The position numbers were made by a program, and so were the translations under genes. A stretch of DNA of 64,000 nt from an uncultured bacterium. GTDB lineage: Bacteria > Krumholzibacteriota > Krumholzibacteriia > LZORAL124-64-63. The first letter of the stretch is position 1. Every line of letters begins with the position of its first letter. Below are positions 38,827 through 46,841 of this stretch, one piece after another. The notes under the pieces are model-generated. The model made no database searches and was not told the DNA's origin. It was given only the letters and a program-made list of their open reading frames with translations. The stretch is from NCBI GenBank assembly GCA_963732385.1, contig CAVSZB010000005.1, forward strand, positions 192,001-256,000. The letters run 5' to 3'.

Positions 38827-38973
38827 TGTTGATAAACTCAGCTTTTCATGATGTGTGAAAAATGTTGCAATTATTACAATCCGCAAATGCCTGTATTGAA
38901 ACAGCTTATGGGCTCGGCCCGGATGGTCCTGCAGGAAACGGCAACTCCTGCCCTGTGGACAACTTGTGCATAA
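38827..38973. promoter_or_regulatory. AT-rich intergenic region with four co-oriented DnaA-box-like 9-mers
   Basis: On the minus strand: TTATCAACA (38827-35), TTTTTCACA (38854-62), TTGTCCACA (38954-62) and TTATGCACA (38965-73), against consensus TTWTNCACA. Confidence 0.5.
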
Positions 38974-39072
38974 ACCCCGCTTCCACCACCCTCTTCTCAA
39001 CTGATCCCGACCCCAGCCAATCGCCCGATCGACCAGGTCACTGCGGTCGCCGCGGTGCGGAGCCTGTTCCGC

Positions 39073-39750
39073 CTATCCGTTCCGCCATTTAGCCGCCATC
39101 CCCCACGCCCAGAGTCCGACCGTGAGAATGGTCGTGAAGGTCCCGACCAGACGCGGCTCAAGACGCAGGGGGGCGGACCCGGAGACTCTTTCGCGCAGGC
39201 TCCGGCCGAGAGCGAAGCCGACGGGCACCGCCAGCGCGCACCCGGCCGCGGCCAGGCTCCCCCCCACACCGACATGCTGCCAAAAGCCGCCGATCCCCTG
39301 CCCGCGCCAGAATTCGGAGCGGAAGACGAAGATCATGGCAAGAAAGAACAGGACATGGCCGAGGTAACAGGCAAGGGCAGCTTTCAGGCCGGCCAGACGC
39401 AAGGACTGGCGGTTGCCCGGGATCGAGACGGCCGCGGCGCGCGTTGCGGGCGACCCCCAGCCGAAAACCAGGTCGAAGGACAGGCCCAGCAGCACGATCC
39501 CGGTGAGGTGACAGGCGAAGAAGGGCACATTGAGAAATTTGTACAACATAGCCAGGGAGGCGATGACCGTGGAGCCGCCGCGATGGGGAACGAATTGCGC
39601 GGCCACGGCCAGCAGGAAGAACCCGATCACTGTCAGGTAGACCGAGGCGAAAGGAACCGCGGCCGAGTAGAGCGCATTCCCCAGGATCGCCTCGCTGAAT
39701 CCCCACAGACCGCCGAAGAGAAGAATGGCCGGCAGATGTTCCTTCTTCAT
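39073..39750 (-). CDS. Integral membrane protein (about 6 TM; ECF S-component-like), last gene of the AOR operon
   Basis: FGGLWGFSEAILG and following hydrophobic helices; the ATG at 39750 overlaps the upstream TGA (ATGA). Confidence 0.65.
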   Translation of the reverse strand: MKKEHLPAILLFGGLWGFSEAILGNALYSAAVPFASVYLTVIGFFLLAVAAQFVPHRGGSTVIASLAMLYKFLNVPFFACHLTGIVLLGLSFDLVFGWGSPATRAAAVSIPGNRQSLRLAGLKAALACYLGHVLFFLAMIFVFRSEFWRGQGIGGFWQHVGVGGSLAAAGCALAVPVGFALGRSLRERVSGSAPLRLEPRLVGTFTTILTVGLWAWGMAAKWRNG

Positions 39751-40277
39751 GCGCGTGTCCTCCTGTTCCATTCCGCCTGGGCCGCCAGCACCTCGAGCAC
39801 TGGCCCTATCATTGCGGGTTCAAGTCCCTTCCGGGCCAGCGTCAATTGCCAGGCGGCCGGATCCGGGCCGGGGCCTCCCCGCTCCAGCACCACCTGGGCC
39901 AGGGAACGGAGCAGGTCCGCGTCGGGACGCGCACCGGGCTGAAACCCGTGGCCCCCGGCCGAAACTTCATCTTCAAGAAAGATAATTATGTCGCCCCTCC
40001 CGCGGCGGGCGAGCGCATTGCTTTCCACCACGAGGTGGCGGTGGCCCACCCCCTCCGCCTGCCGGAGAAACGCGTCCATCTCTTCGTCGGTCCGGAAGTA
40101 GCTCTCCGCTTTGCCGGGTCGGCGCTGGCTCGTCCCCTGTTTGGCGTAGACCGCCCCCGGCAGGATGCGGCTGAGCGCCAGGGCCACCTGCGTCTTGCCG
40201 ACCCCGCGGCCAGCTCCGCAGACGATCCAGAGCAGCGGCCTCCCGGGGGGCGACCCGACATCGGTCAACGGAAACAC
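39747..40277 (-). CDS. Small P-loop NTPase (MobB-like accessory protein)
   Basis: Walker A GAGRGVGKT; Walker-B-like LVVESN; operon context. Confidence 0.62.
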   Translation of the reverse strand: MFPLTDVGSPPGRPLLWIVCGAGRGVGKTQVALALSRILPGAVYAKQGTSQRRPGKAESYFRTDEEMDAFLRQAEGVGHRHLVVESNALARRGRGDIIIFLEDEVSAGGHGFQPGARPDADLLRSLAQVVLERGGPGPDPAAWQLTLARKGLEPAMIGPVLEVLAAQAEWNRRTRA

Positions 40278-40567
40278 CCCAGCTGACAGTCATGGATCTT
40301 GATCTTGAGCAGGTTCATGAGCCGGCCGATGGAGCCCGCCGGCGCGTGGCAGACCGCCGCCATTTCCAGGGCGATGGAGCAGAGGATGCGCCCGCCCGGG
40401 ACCAGGCGCTCAAGGTCGCACTCCGCGGGCTGCGCTGCCTCGACGAGATTGAGCTGTCCGCCGGGCGCGTCGACCAGCGTCCAGGGCAGCGCCTCGGCGT
40501 CGATGAATTCCTGAAGGGAGGCGCGCCGTTGCGCGCCGACACCGATGGTGATTGCCGTCGGGTTCAT
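40265..40567 (-). CDS. Small Cys-containing protein with C-terminal CQLGCF motif
   Basis: GRILCSIALEMA..IGRLMNLLKIKIHDCQLGCFR; tightly packed in the operon. Confidence 0.7.
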   Translation of the reverse strand: MNPTAITIGVGAQRRASLQEFIDAEALPWTLVDAPGGQLNLVEAAQPAECDLERLVPGGRILCSIALEMAAVCHAPAGSIGRLMNLLKIKIHDCQLGCFR

Positions 40568-40573
40568 AACCGG

Positions 40574-40774
40574 TCACCCTCCGTGGGCCAGGTGAAATAC
40601 CGCAAGGCTCGCCCCGTCGGGCAAAAGCCGCAGGGAGTATTCGTCCTCGGGCACCAGAACGCCGTCCACGGTCACGGTCATGAGGACATAGTCATAGCGG
40701 AGGATGTCCAGCACATCCTGGACGGTCAGCCCGTCCCTCCACTCGATCCGATCCCGATCATTGACGATCAGCAT
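40574..40774 (-). CDS. thiS: ThiS/MoaD-family sulfur carrier protein
   Basis: 66-aa ubiquitin-like protein ending in GG; GGAGGAG RBS. Confidence 0.88.
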   Translation of the reverse strand: MLIVNDRDRIEWRDGLTVQDVLDILRYDYVLMTVTVDGVLVPEDEYSLRLLPDGASLAVFHLAHGG

Positions 40775-41386
40775 TTACCCGCCGCACTCCTCCAGGCCCC
40801 GCCGGACCAGGAACTCCACCGCCGCATTGGCCTGCAGGTTGGCCGCAATGGCCACGCGGGGGGCGCACAATCCCTCGCTCGAATCCGATTCGCCGTCGCC
40901 GCACATGACGATCATACCGCTTCGCCGCACGCGCAACGCTTCGGTGTTTCCCAGGCCGGACACGCCGCTCGCCGCCACTACCGGACGGTCGGGAAAGGCC
41001 CGGCACCAGGCCTCGATCAGCCATTGCTTGCTCTCGGCCCGGTCGAAAGCCTCGATCAGGACCTCGGCCTGGGCGAAGATCGCAGCGACGTCGGCCGGCT
41101 CCAGCCGCAGATCCCGCGCGCTGATCCGGACCTCCGGATTGATCGAACGGAGCCTGGCGGAGAGGGCCTCGGTCTTGAGCCGGCCCACGTCCTCCAGGAA
41201 ATACTGCTGCCGGTTCAGGTTCGATTCCTCGACCCGGTCGAAGTCGACCAGGATGAGCCGCCCGACTCCCGCCCGCACCAGAGACAGGGCGGCCTGGCTG
41301 CCCAGCCCGCCACAGCCGGCAATTCCGACCGTCGACCGGCGCAGGATCGCGGTCGAACCGGGGACATTGCAATCGAAGATCCCCAT
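40775..41386 (-). CDS. thiF: ThiF/MoeB-family sulfur-carrier adenylyltransferase
   Basis: GIAGCGGLGS, LVDFDRVEESNLNRQ, EAFD and APRVAIAANLQAN. Confidence 0.9.
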   Translation of the reverse strand: MGIFDCNVPGSTAILRRSTVGIAGCGGLGSQAALSLVRAGVGRLILVDFDRVEESNLNRQQYFLEDVGRLKTEALSARLRSINPEVRISARDLRLEPADVAAIFAQAEVLIEAFDRAESKQWLIEAWCRAFPDRPVVAASGVSGLGNTEALRVRRSGMIVMCGDGESDSSEGLCAPRVAIAANLQANAAVEFLVRRGLEECGG

Positions 41387-41418
41387 CCGGTCGGCCCCTC
41401 CCCGATACTCCGACCGCC

Positions 41419-43416
41419 TCAGGATTCCTGGTGCCCTGCCACGATCCGGACGATCTCCGGCAGGTCGATGCCGAGTTCCTTCAGCCGCGCCAAAGACGGC
41501 ACGCCGTTCGGCGTCCAGCCGCGGGCCTGGTAAGCCGCGTCGGTCACCTGCCGGTACTGGTCCTCGCGGTGCCGGCGGAGGATCGCCATCTTCTCGGCCG
41601 TACTTCGACCCGCCGGATCGACCTTGAGGATTTCGAGGAGTTGTTTGTCGTAGCGCTCGGCGCGGGACTCGTACTCTTCCGGCGTGACCGGCCCCATGGC
41701 ACGGTACGGTGGAATGTCGTCCTCGCGCTTCCCTTTGCCCAACAGAACCGAGAGGCAGCGCTGCAGATTGTACACCCGGGCCGACTGGGCCAGCATCGAC
41801 GCCTCGTCGAGCGGGCGTCCGGTCATGCCTTCGAAAAACCTGAAGTAGTTCTCGACGTGCCCGGGAATCTTGGCCGCCAGCTTGGGCGGCAAAGTCTTGT
41901 TGTCGGCGGGGACCACGTCATTCCAGATGATCTTGCAGAGTCCCTGCAGCCCGAACCAGGTCCGCCAGAGGGGGAAGTAATACAGGGCCTCGGCCTTGTC
42001 CTGGAAGGTCGGAATCTGGTTGTTGACCATATCCATGAAGATGAGCCAGGCCTCATCGTGCTGGGGCCCCTTGATGGCCAGCGTATACCCGGCCTGCTGC
42101 GCGAGGGACTCCTTGGAGACGTACTCGGAGTACTCCAGCCCCTTCGCCTCCATCCCGATGTCCTGCAGGAACGCCGGATCGGCCCCGTACTCGGCCACCC
42201 ACTTCCGCTTGAGCCAGCGGATTCCCTGCCCCACGTCGACGCCGAAGCCCTCTCCGCGCGCCGTCTGGTGCAGGAGTTCGAGCACCGCGTCGCCGGCGCC
42301 GAAGTTGAGCTTCAGGCCGCCGGTGCGGGTCTCGTCGATCACGCCGGCTTCGAAAGACTCCATCACGAAGGCGATGCAGGTCGCCATCGAGATCGTGTCG
42401 AGGCCGTAGGTGTCGCAGTAGAAGTTGAACTCCACGCAGAGGTCGGCGTCGAAGCAGCCCATGTTGGCGCAGCCGGCAGCCGTTTCGTACTCGGGGCCGT
42501 CCACGATGACCCGCTCCCCGGCGTAGGGGCCGGTCCGCAGGAGGTAGCCGTCGACCGCCTTGGCGCAGGCCATCGAACAGCCGTGCCAGCAGCCGTCGGC
42601 CGTGCCCTGCGTGAAGAAGTCCTGCTTCAGGACCTGCTTGTCGAGCCGGTAGGTCTCGGGATGGGAGCCGAAACGGTAGTTCATGACCGGCAGCAGGTCG
42701 TACTTGTCCATGACACCGACGATATTGGCCGTGCCGACCTCGCGCATGCAGCACTGGGACTTGTCCAGGGTCGCCATCTCGGCGTTGATCTTCATGCCGT
42801 GGTCGCGGATCAGCTGCGGGTTGGCCGGCCGGTTCAGGTCGTCGACGATCTCGATGGCTCCGGTCGGACAGACATAGGCGCACGAGGTGCAGCCGATGCA
42901 GTGCGGGTCGACCTCGTTGAACGGCATGGTCAGGTGGCGCTTGATGCCCCGACCGGCAAAGTCGAGGATGCGCTGCAGCACGAATTCATCGCAGGCCCGG
43001 ACGCAGTGCGTGCAGAGGATGCAGGCCTGGGGATTTTCGTCGGTCCATTCGCTGCGAAAGCGCGACTCGGTGACTCCGCACTGCGCGGCGACCTCGCGAA
43101 TGACCGGCACATTCGGCCAGCGGCCGAGGTACATCTCGGCCAGCACCTTCCGATGGTTTTGCACGCCCTCCGAAGCTGTTTCGACCTTCATTTCACCCCG
43201 GACGGGATAGTTGCAGGCCGTGACCAGGCGCTTCCGCCCGCGCACCTCCACCTCGCAGACGCAGAGCCGGCAGTTTCCCCCGGGAACGAGATCCTTGTGG
43301 TGGCAAAGGGTCGGCACCTTGAATCCGGCCTTTTCCACGGCGGAGAGGAGGTAAGAATCCCTGGCCGCGACGATCTCGACACCGTTGACCGTGAGCTTGA
43401 TTTTGGGGTCGGCCAT
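41419..43416 (-). CDS. Fusion: NuoG/HydA-type N-terminal [2Fe-2S] + 2x[4Fe-4S] domain joined to aldehyde:ferredoxin oxidoreductase C-terminal domains 2-3
   Basis: N-terminus: PTLCHH..GNCRLC..LVTAC, CILCTHCVRAC, CIGCTSCAYVCP. Then AOR: GCWHGCSMAC, GPEYET, DTYGLDTIS, KGLE, GPQH, GLCK and RGWTPNGVP..L.ELGI. The ATG at 43416 overlaps the upstream TGA. Confidence 0.9.
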   Translation of the reverse strand: MADPKIKLTVNGVEIVAARDSYLLSAVEKAGFKVPTLCHHKDLVPGGNCRLCVCEVEVRGRKRLVTACNYPVRGEMKVETASEGVQNHRKVLAEMYLGRWPNVPVIREVAAQCGVTESRFRSEWTDENPQACILCTHCVRACDEFVLQRILDFAGRGIKRHLTMPFNEVDPHCIGCTSCAYVCPTGAIEIVDDLNRPANPQLIRDHGMKINAEMATLDKSQCCMREVGTANIVGVMDKYDLLPVMNYRFGSHPETYRLDKQVLKQDFFTQGTADGCWHGCSMACAKAVDGYLLRTGPYAGERVIVDGPEYETAAGCANMGCFDADLCVEFNFYCDTYGLDTISMATCIAFVMESFEAGVIDETRTGGLKLNFGAGDAVLELLHQTARGEGFGVDVGQGIRWLKRKWVAEYGADPAFLQDIGMEAKGLEYSEYVSKESLAQQAGYTLAIKGPQHDEAWLIFMDMVNNQIPTFQDKAEALYYFPLWRTWFGLQGLCKIIWNDVVPADNKTLPPKLAAKIPGHVENYFRFFEGMTGRPLDEASMLAQSARVYNLQRCLSVLLGKGKREDDIPPYRAMGPVTPEEYESRAERYDKQLLEILKVDPAGRSTAEKMAILRRHREDQYRQVTDAAYQARGWTPNGVPSLARLKELGIDLPEIVRIVAGHQES

Positions 43417-45299
43417 CACCGTACCTCCACGGCGCCGCGGGTGCAGGTCTCGACGCAGATGCCGCACTTGATACACTTGCTGTACAGTATGGAGTGGGTC
43501 TTGCGGGGCTCGCCCTCGATCGCGCCGGTCGGGCAGGAGCGTCCGCAGGCGGCGCAGCCGTCACACAGTTCCGGGAGGATCGCGTAGGTGATGAGCTCCC
43601 TGCAGACCCCGCCCCGGCAGCGCTTTTCCCGGATGTGCTCCAGGTATTCGTCCCGGAAATAGCGCAACGTGCTCAGGACCGGGTTCGGAGCGGAACCGCC
43701 CAGCTGGCAGAGGCTCGTGTCGCGGATCGTGGCGGAGAGTTCCTCCAGGAACTCGAGGTCGCCCTCGCGCCCCTGGCCGTTGCAGATACGTCCGAGCGTG
43801 CCCGCCAGGGCGAAGAGACCTTCGCGGCAGGGCGTGCATTTGCCACACGACTCATCGACCAGGAAATCGATGAAGTACCGGGCCACATCGACCATGCAGG
43901 TATGATCATCCATCACGATCATCCCGCCCGAGCCCATCATCGACCCCGCCTCCGTCAGGGAATCGAAGTCGACCTGCATGTCGAGGAGACTCTCGGGCAG
44001 GCAGCCGCCCGACGGACCGCCCGTCTGCACCGCCTTGAAGGTCCGCCCCTCGGGGATCCCGCCGCCGATGTCGAAGATGATCTCCCGGAGCCTGATCCCC
44101 ATCGGGACTTCGACGAGCCCCGTGTTGCGGATATCGCCCACCAGGGAGAAGACCTTGGTGCCGGAGGAGCCGTGCCACGGGTTCCCGCTCCCATCACCGG
44201 TGCCGATCGCGGCGAACCAGGCGGCCCCCTTCTCGATGATGACCGGAATGTTGGCCCAGGTTTCGACATTGTTCAGGACGGTCGGCTTGTCGCGAAAACC
44301 GTACTCGACATTGTGCACATACTTGGCCCTGGGCTCGCCCGCGCGGCCGGACATCGAGGCCATCAGGGCCGTCGATTCTCCGCAGACGAAGGCCCCCGCG
44401 CCGCGGTGCACCGCGATGTCGAAAGAGAACCCGGAACCCAGAATCCCCGTCCCGAGAAGTCCCTGTTCACGGGCCTGCCCGAGCGCGATGTGGAGCCGCT
44501 CCATGGCGAGCGGATACTCCTTGCGGATGTAGATGAAACCCTCCCGCGCCCCGACGGCGAAGGCGCCGATCAGCATCCCCTCGATCACCGAGTGGGGATC
44601 GGTCTCGATGATACTGCGGTCCATGAAGGCGCCCGGATCCCCTTCGTCGCCGTTGCAGATCACGAACGCGACCTCGCCGCGTTCCTGCCGCGCCTTGAGA
44701 CAGGACTCCCACTTGACGCCCGCGGGAAAACCGCCGCCTCCGCGCCCGCGCAGACCCGAGGCGATGATCTCCCGGATGACCTCCTCGGGTGACCGGGAGG
44801 TCAGAACCTTCCGAAAGGCCTGATATCCGCCGCGGGCTATGTAGTGCCCGATCTGCTCGGGGTCGATGAGTCCCTTGTTCCGCAGGGCGATCAGTTGCTG
44901 CTTGGCGAAGAATCCGATCTCGTCCATCCGGCGGCTGACGACGCCACTCACCGGATCCCTGTACAGGAGGCGCTCGACGACCTGGCCGTTCATTAGATGC
45001 GAATCGACGATCTCCTTCAGGTCCTGCGGACCGACCTTCTGGTAGAAGACACCCTCCGGCTGCACGACCACGATGGGGCCCATGGCGCAGAACCCGTTGC
45101 ATCCGGTCTGCACCACCAGGTAGTCCCGCTCCAGGCCCCGCTCGCGGAGTTCGGCGTTCAACCCGTCGCGCACGCTGTACCCGCCGGCCGAGAGGCAGCC
45201 CGTGCCGGTGCAGACCATGAGCATGGCCTTGTAGCCCGCCTGGAGCTTGGTCTGCTCGGCCGCGATCCGTTCCAGGTCCGTGATGTCGAGCCTAGGCAT
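43416..45299 (-). CDS. NADH/FMN-binding NuoF/HydB-type subunit, long form with N-terminal thioredoxin-like and C-terminal 2x[4Fe-4S] domains
   Basis: CTGTGC..CNGFC; GLRGRGGGGFP; CNGDEGDPGAFMDR; GAGAFVCGE; GGPSGG; ESCGKCTPCR..LCQLG; H..EKRC..GVC; CDGCAACGRSCP and CIKCGICVETC. Confidence 0.93.
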   Translation of the reverse strand: MPRLDITDLERIAAEQTKLQAGYKAMLMVCTGTGCLSAGGYSVRDGLNAELRERGLERDYLVVQTGCNGFCAMGPIVVVQPEGVFYQKVGPQDLKEIVDSHLMNGQVVERLLYRDPVSGVVSRRMDEIGFFAKQQLIALRNKGLIDPEQIGHYIARGGYQAFRKVLTSRSPEEVIREIIASGLRGRGGGGFPAGVKWESCLKARQERGEVAFVICNGDEGDPGAFMDRSIIETDPHSVIEGMLIGAFAVGAREGFIYIRKEYPLAMERLHIALGQAREQGLLGTGILGSGFSFDIAVHRGAGAFVCGESTALMASMSGRAGEPRAKYVHNVEYGFRDKPTVLNNVETWANIPVIIEKGAAWFAAIGTGDGSGNPWHGSSGTKVFSLVGDIRNTGLVEVPMGIRLREIIFDIGGGIPEGRTFKAVQTGGPSGGCLPESLLDMQVDFDSLTEAGSMMGSGGMIVMDDHTCMVDVARYFIDFLVDESCGKCTPCREGLFALAGTLGRICNGQGREGDLEFLEELSATIRDTSLCQLGGSAPNPVLSTLRYFRDEYLEHIREKRCRGGVCRELITYAILPELCDGCAACGRSCPTGAIEGEPRKTHSILYSKCIKCGICVETCTRGAVEVR

Positions 45300-46602
45300 G
45301 GTCCGCACCCCCCGGAGCCCTTTTCGCCGCCATCTTCTTGACCAGCCGGGCCACGTCTCTGGCTTTGACGTTTCCCACGATCTCGTTTCCGAACCGCACC
45401 ACCGGAGCGAGGCTGCAGGCGCCGAGACAGGCCACCGGTTCGAGGCTGTACCTGCCGTCTTCGGAGGTCTCGCCGGCCTGGATCCCAAGCACCCGCTCGA
45501 AGCCCGCCAGAATGAGGGCCGAGCCCTTGACATGGCAGGCTGTCCCCATGCAGACCTGGATCACCGTCTCGCCCCGCGGTTCGAGGCTGAAGGCCTTGTA
45601 GAAGGTGGCGATGTGATAGAGGTAAGCGGCCGGCACGCCCGTTTCGAGACAGATCTCATCGAGGGCCGTCTTCGGGAGGTGCCGGAACCGCTCCTGCACA
45701 TCCTGAAGCATCTCGATGACGTATTCCGGGTCGTTGTTCCACTTGCGGACAATGGCCCGGACCTCCTCCACTTCGTTCGCGCAGGTCAGCAGAGACAGGC
45801 GCTTCGGAGTGATCTGGGCCGCCACCTTGTTCTCGGCGATGCGCCAGGCGGGGGTGATGCCAGGATTCTTGATCACGAGAGCCTTGAGTTTCTTGTCGCG
45901 GAAGACCGTGCCGATTCCGCCGCGCCCCGCCTGCTTGAGCCGCGCCACGCGCCGGCGCCAGTCCCAGAAGGAGAAGTTCAAAACCCCCATCCGCGTGTGC
46001 TCGGCGCCGCGTCCGGCGGAGACGACGGCGATGTTCCGCATGTCGAGTTCATCCGCGGCGTACATCCTGGTCAGCTCCTCAGCCAGGATGTGCGAGTCGA
46101 CGCTCTCGAGCGGGGCGGCCTCGATCGTGATCCGGCGGGCGGCCGCGTCGATGGCGATGATGGTCTCCTGCGACGCCTTGCCGACGATGGCCAGCGCATC
46201 GAAACCTGCGAATTTCAGGAAAGGGCCGAAATACCCCCCGACATTGCAGTCGATCACGATGTCGGTCAGAGGAGAGATGGCCGTGACCAGCGTCTTGCCC
46301 GAACCGGGAAACGACGTCGTGCCGCCGAGCGGGCCGGAGCACAGGCAGATCGGATTCTCCGGGCTATCCCACTTCGTGTCCGCGCTGATCTCCTGGAGCG
46401 TGATCCAAAGGTCGAAGCCCTTGCCCCCGGTCCAGAGTTCCTTCATCTGCTCCGTCACCGGATGCAGGGTGATCTCGTTCCGGCCGAGATCGATCCGGAG
46501 CCAGCGACCGGCATAGCCCCGGTAAAGCTCGACGGGGTCGTAGACCAGCTCCTGGAGCAGGCAATGCGCGCTCCGCATTCGTTCCGTGTCGTGCATGGGC
46601 AT
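45292..46602 (-). CDS. Fusion: aldehyde:ferredoxin oxidoreductase N-terminal domain joined to NuoE/HydC [2Fe-2S] subunit
   Basis: AOR_N: GYAGRWLRIDL, GGKG, GPLGG, SPLT, NVGGYFGPFLKFAGFDA, AGRGGIGTVF..K.LKALVI. Then NuoE: IATFYKAF, VCMGTACHVKG, VACLGACSLAPVV. GGAG RBS before the ATG at 46602. Confidence 0.9.
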   Translation of the reverse strand: MPMHDTERMRSAHCLLQELVYDPVELYRGYAGRWLRIDLGRNEITLHPVTEQMKELWTGGKGFDLWITLQEISADTKWDSPENPICLCSGPLGGTTSFPGSGKTLVTAISPLTDIVIDCNVGGYFGPFLKFAGFDALAIVGKASQETIIAIDAAARRITIEAAPLESVDSHILAEELTRMYAADELDMRNIAVVSAGRGAEHTRMGVLNFSFWDWRRRVARLKQAGRGGIGTVFRDKKLKALVIKNPGITPAWRIAENKVAAQITPKRLSLLTCANEVEEVRAIVRKWNNDPEYVIEMLQDVQERFRHLPKTALDEICLETGVPAAYLYHIATFYKAFSLEPRGETVIQVCMGTACHVKGSALILAGFERVLGIQAGETSEDGRYSLEPVACLGACSLAPVVRFGNEIVGNVKARDVARLVKKMAAKRAPGGADHA

Positions 46603-46746
46603 GCCGCTGTCTCCCGGGTAGTCGGGTATCCGCCCCGGAGAGGCTGCGGCCGGAAGCACGGCCACACTCCCCGGCGAGTCGCCCACCTGCAACTTCAGAA
46701 AGTGCCCGGCGAATGGACCCCAAGCGGGCAATCAGGATTGAGCTGG

Positions 46747-46775
46747 AATTTAGGCCAGGCGCAGGGCGGGGTCAA
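46747..46775 (-). promoter_or_regulatory. Candidate sigma70 promoter of the split-AOR operon
   Basis: Minus strand TTGACC (46775-46770), 17 nt spacer, TAAATT (46752-46747); the -35 lies inside a hairpin (GGCGGGGTCA...TGACCCCGCC) downstream of dcp. Confidence 0.45.
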
Positions 46776-46841
46776 CGACCGGGTGGCAAGCCCGCACGGT
46801 CCGCTGACCCCGCCACGAGGAACGGCTGCTGCTGAAGACCG

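Noticed and set aside
38891..38904. CTGT-N6-ACAG as a LexA/SOS box
   Set aside because: The spacer is 6 nt rather than the 8 nt of the proteobacterial box.
40574..41386. Thiamine biosynthesis operon
   Set aside because: No thiG/thiH/thiE/thiC and no TPP riboswitch seen; the context is a pterin-dependent oxidoreductase.
41419..46602. Reading the nuoE/F/G-like genes as respiratory complex I or an [FeFe]-hydrogenase
   Set aside because: There are no membrane nuo genes and no H-cluster motifs, and the E- and G-like parts are fused to AOR domains.
41419..46602. aor pseudogene disrupted by an insertion
   Set aside because: Both halves are in-frame fusions with intact cofactor motifs, an RBS and overlapping stop/start codons, and there are no IS features. 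A misassembly cannot be excluded without reads.
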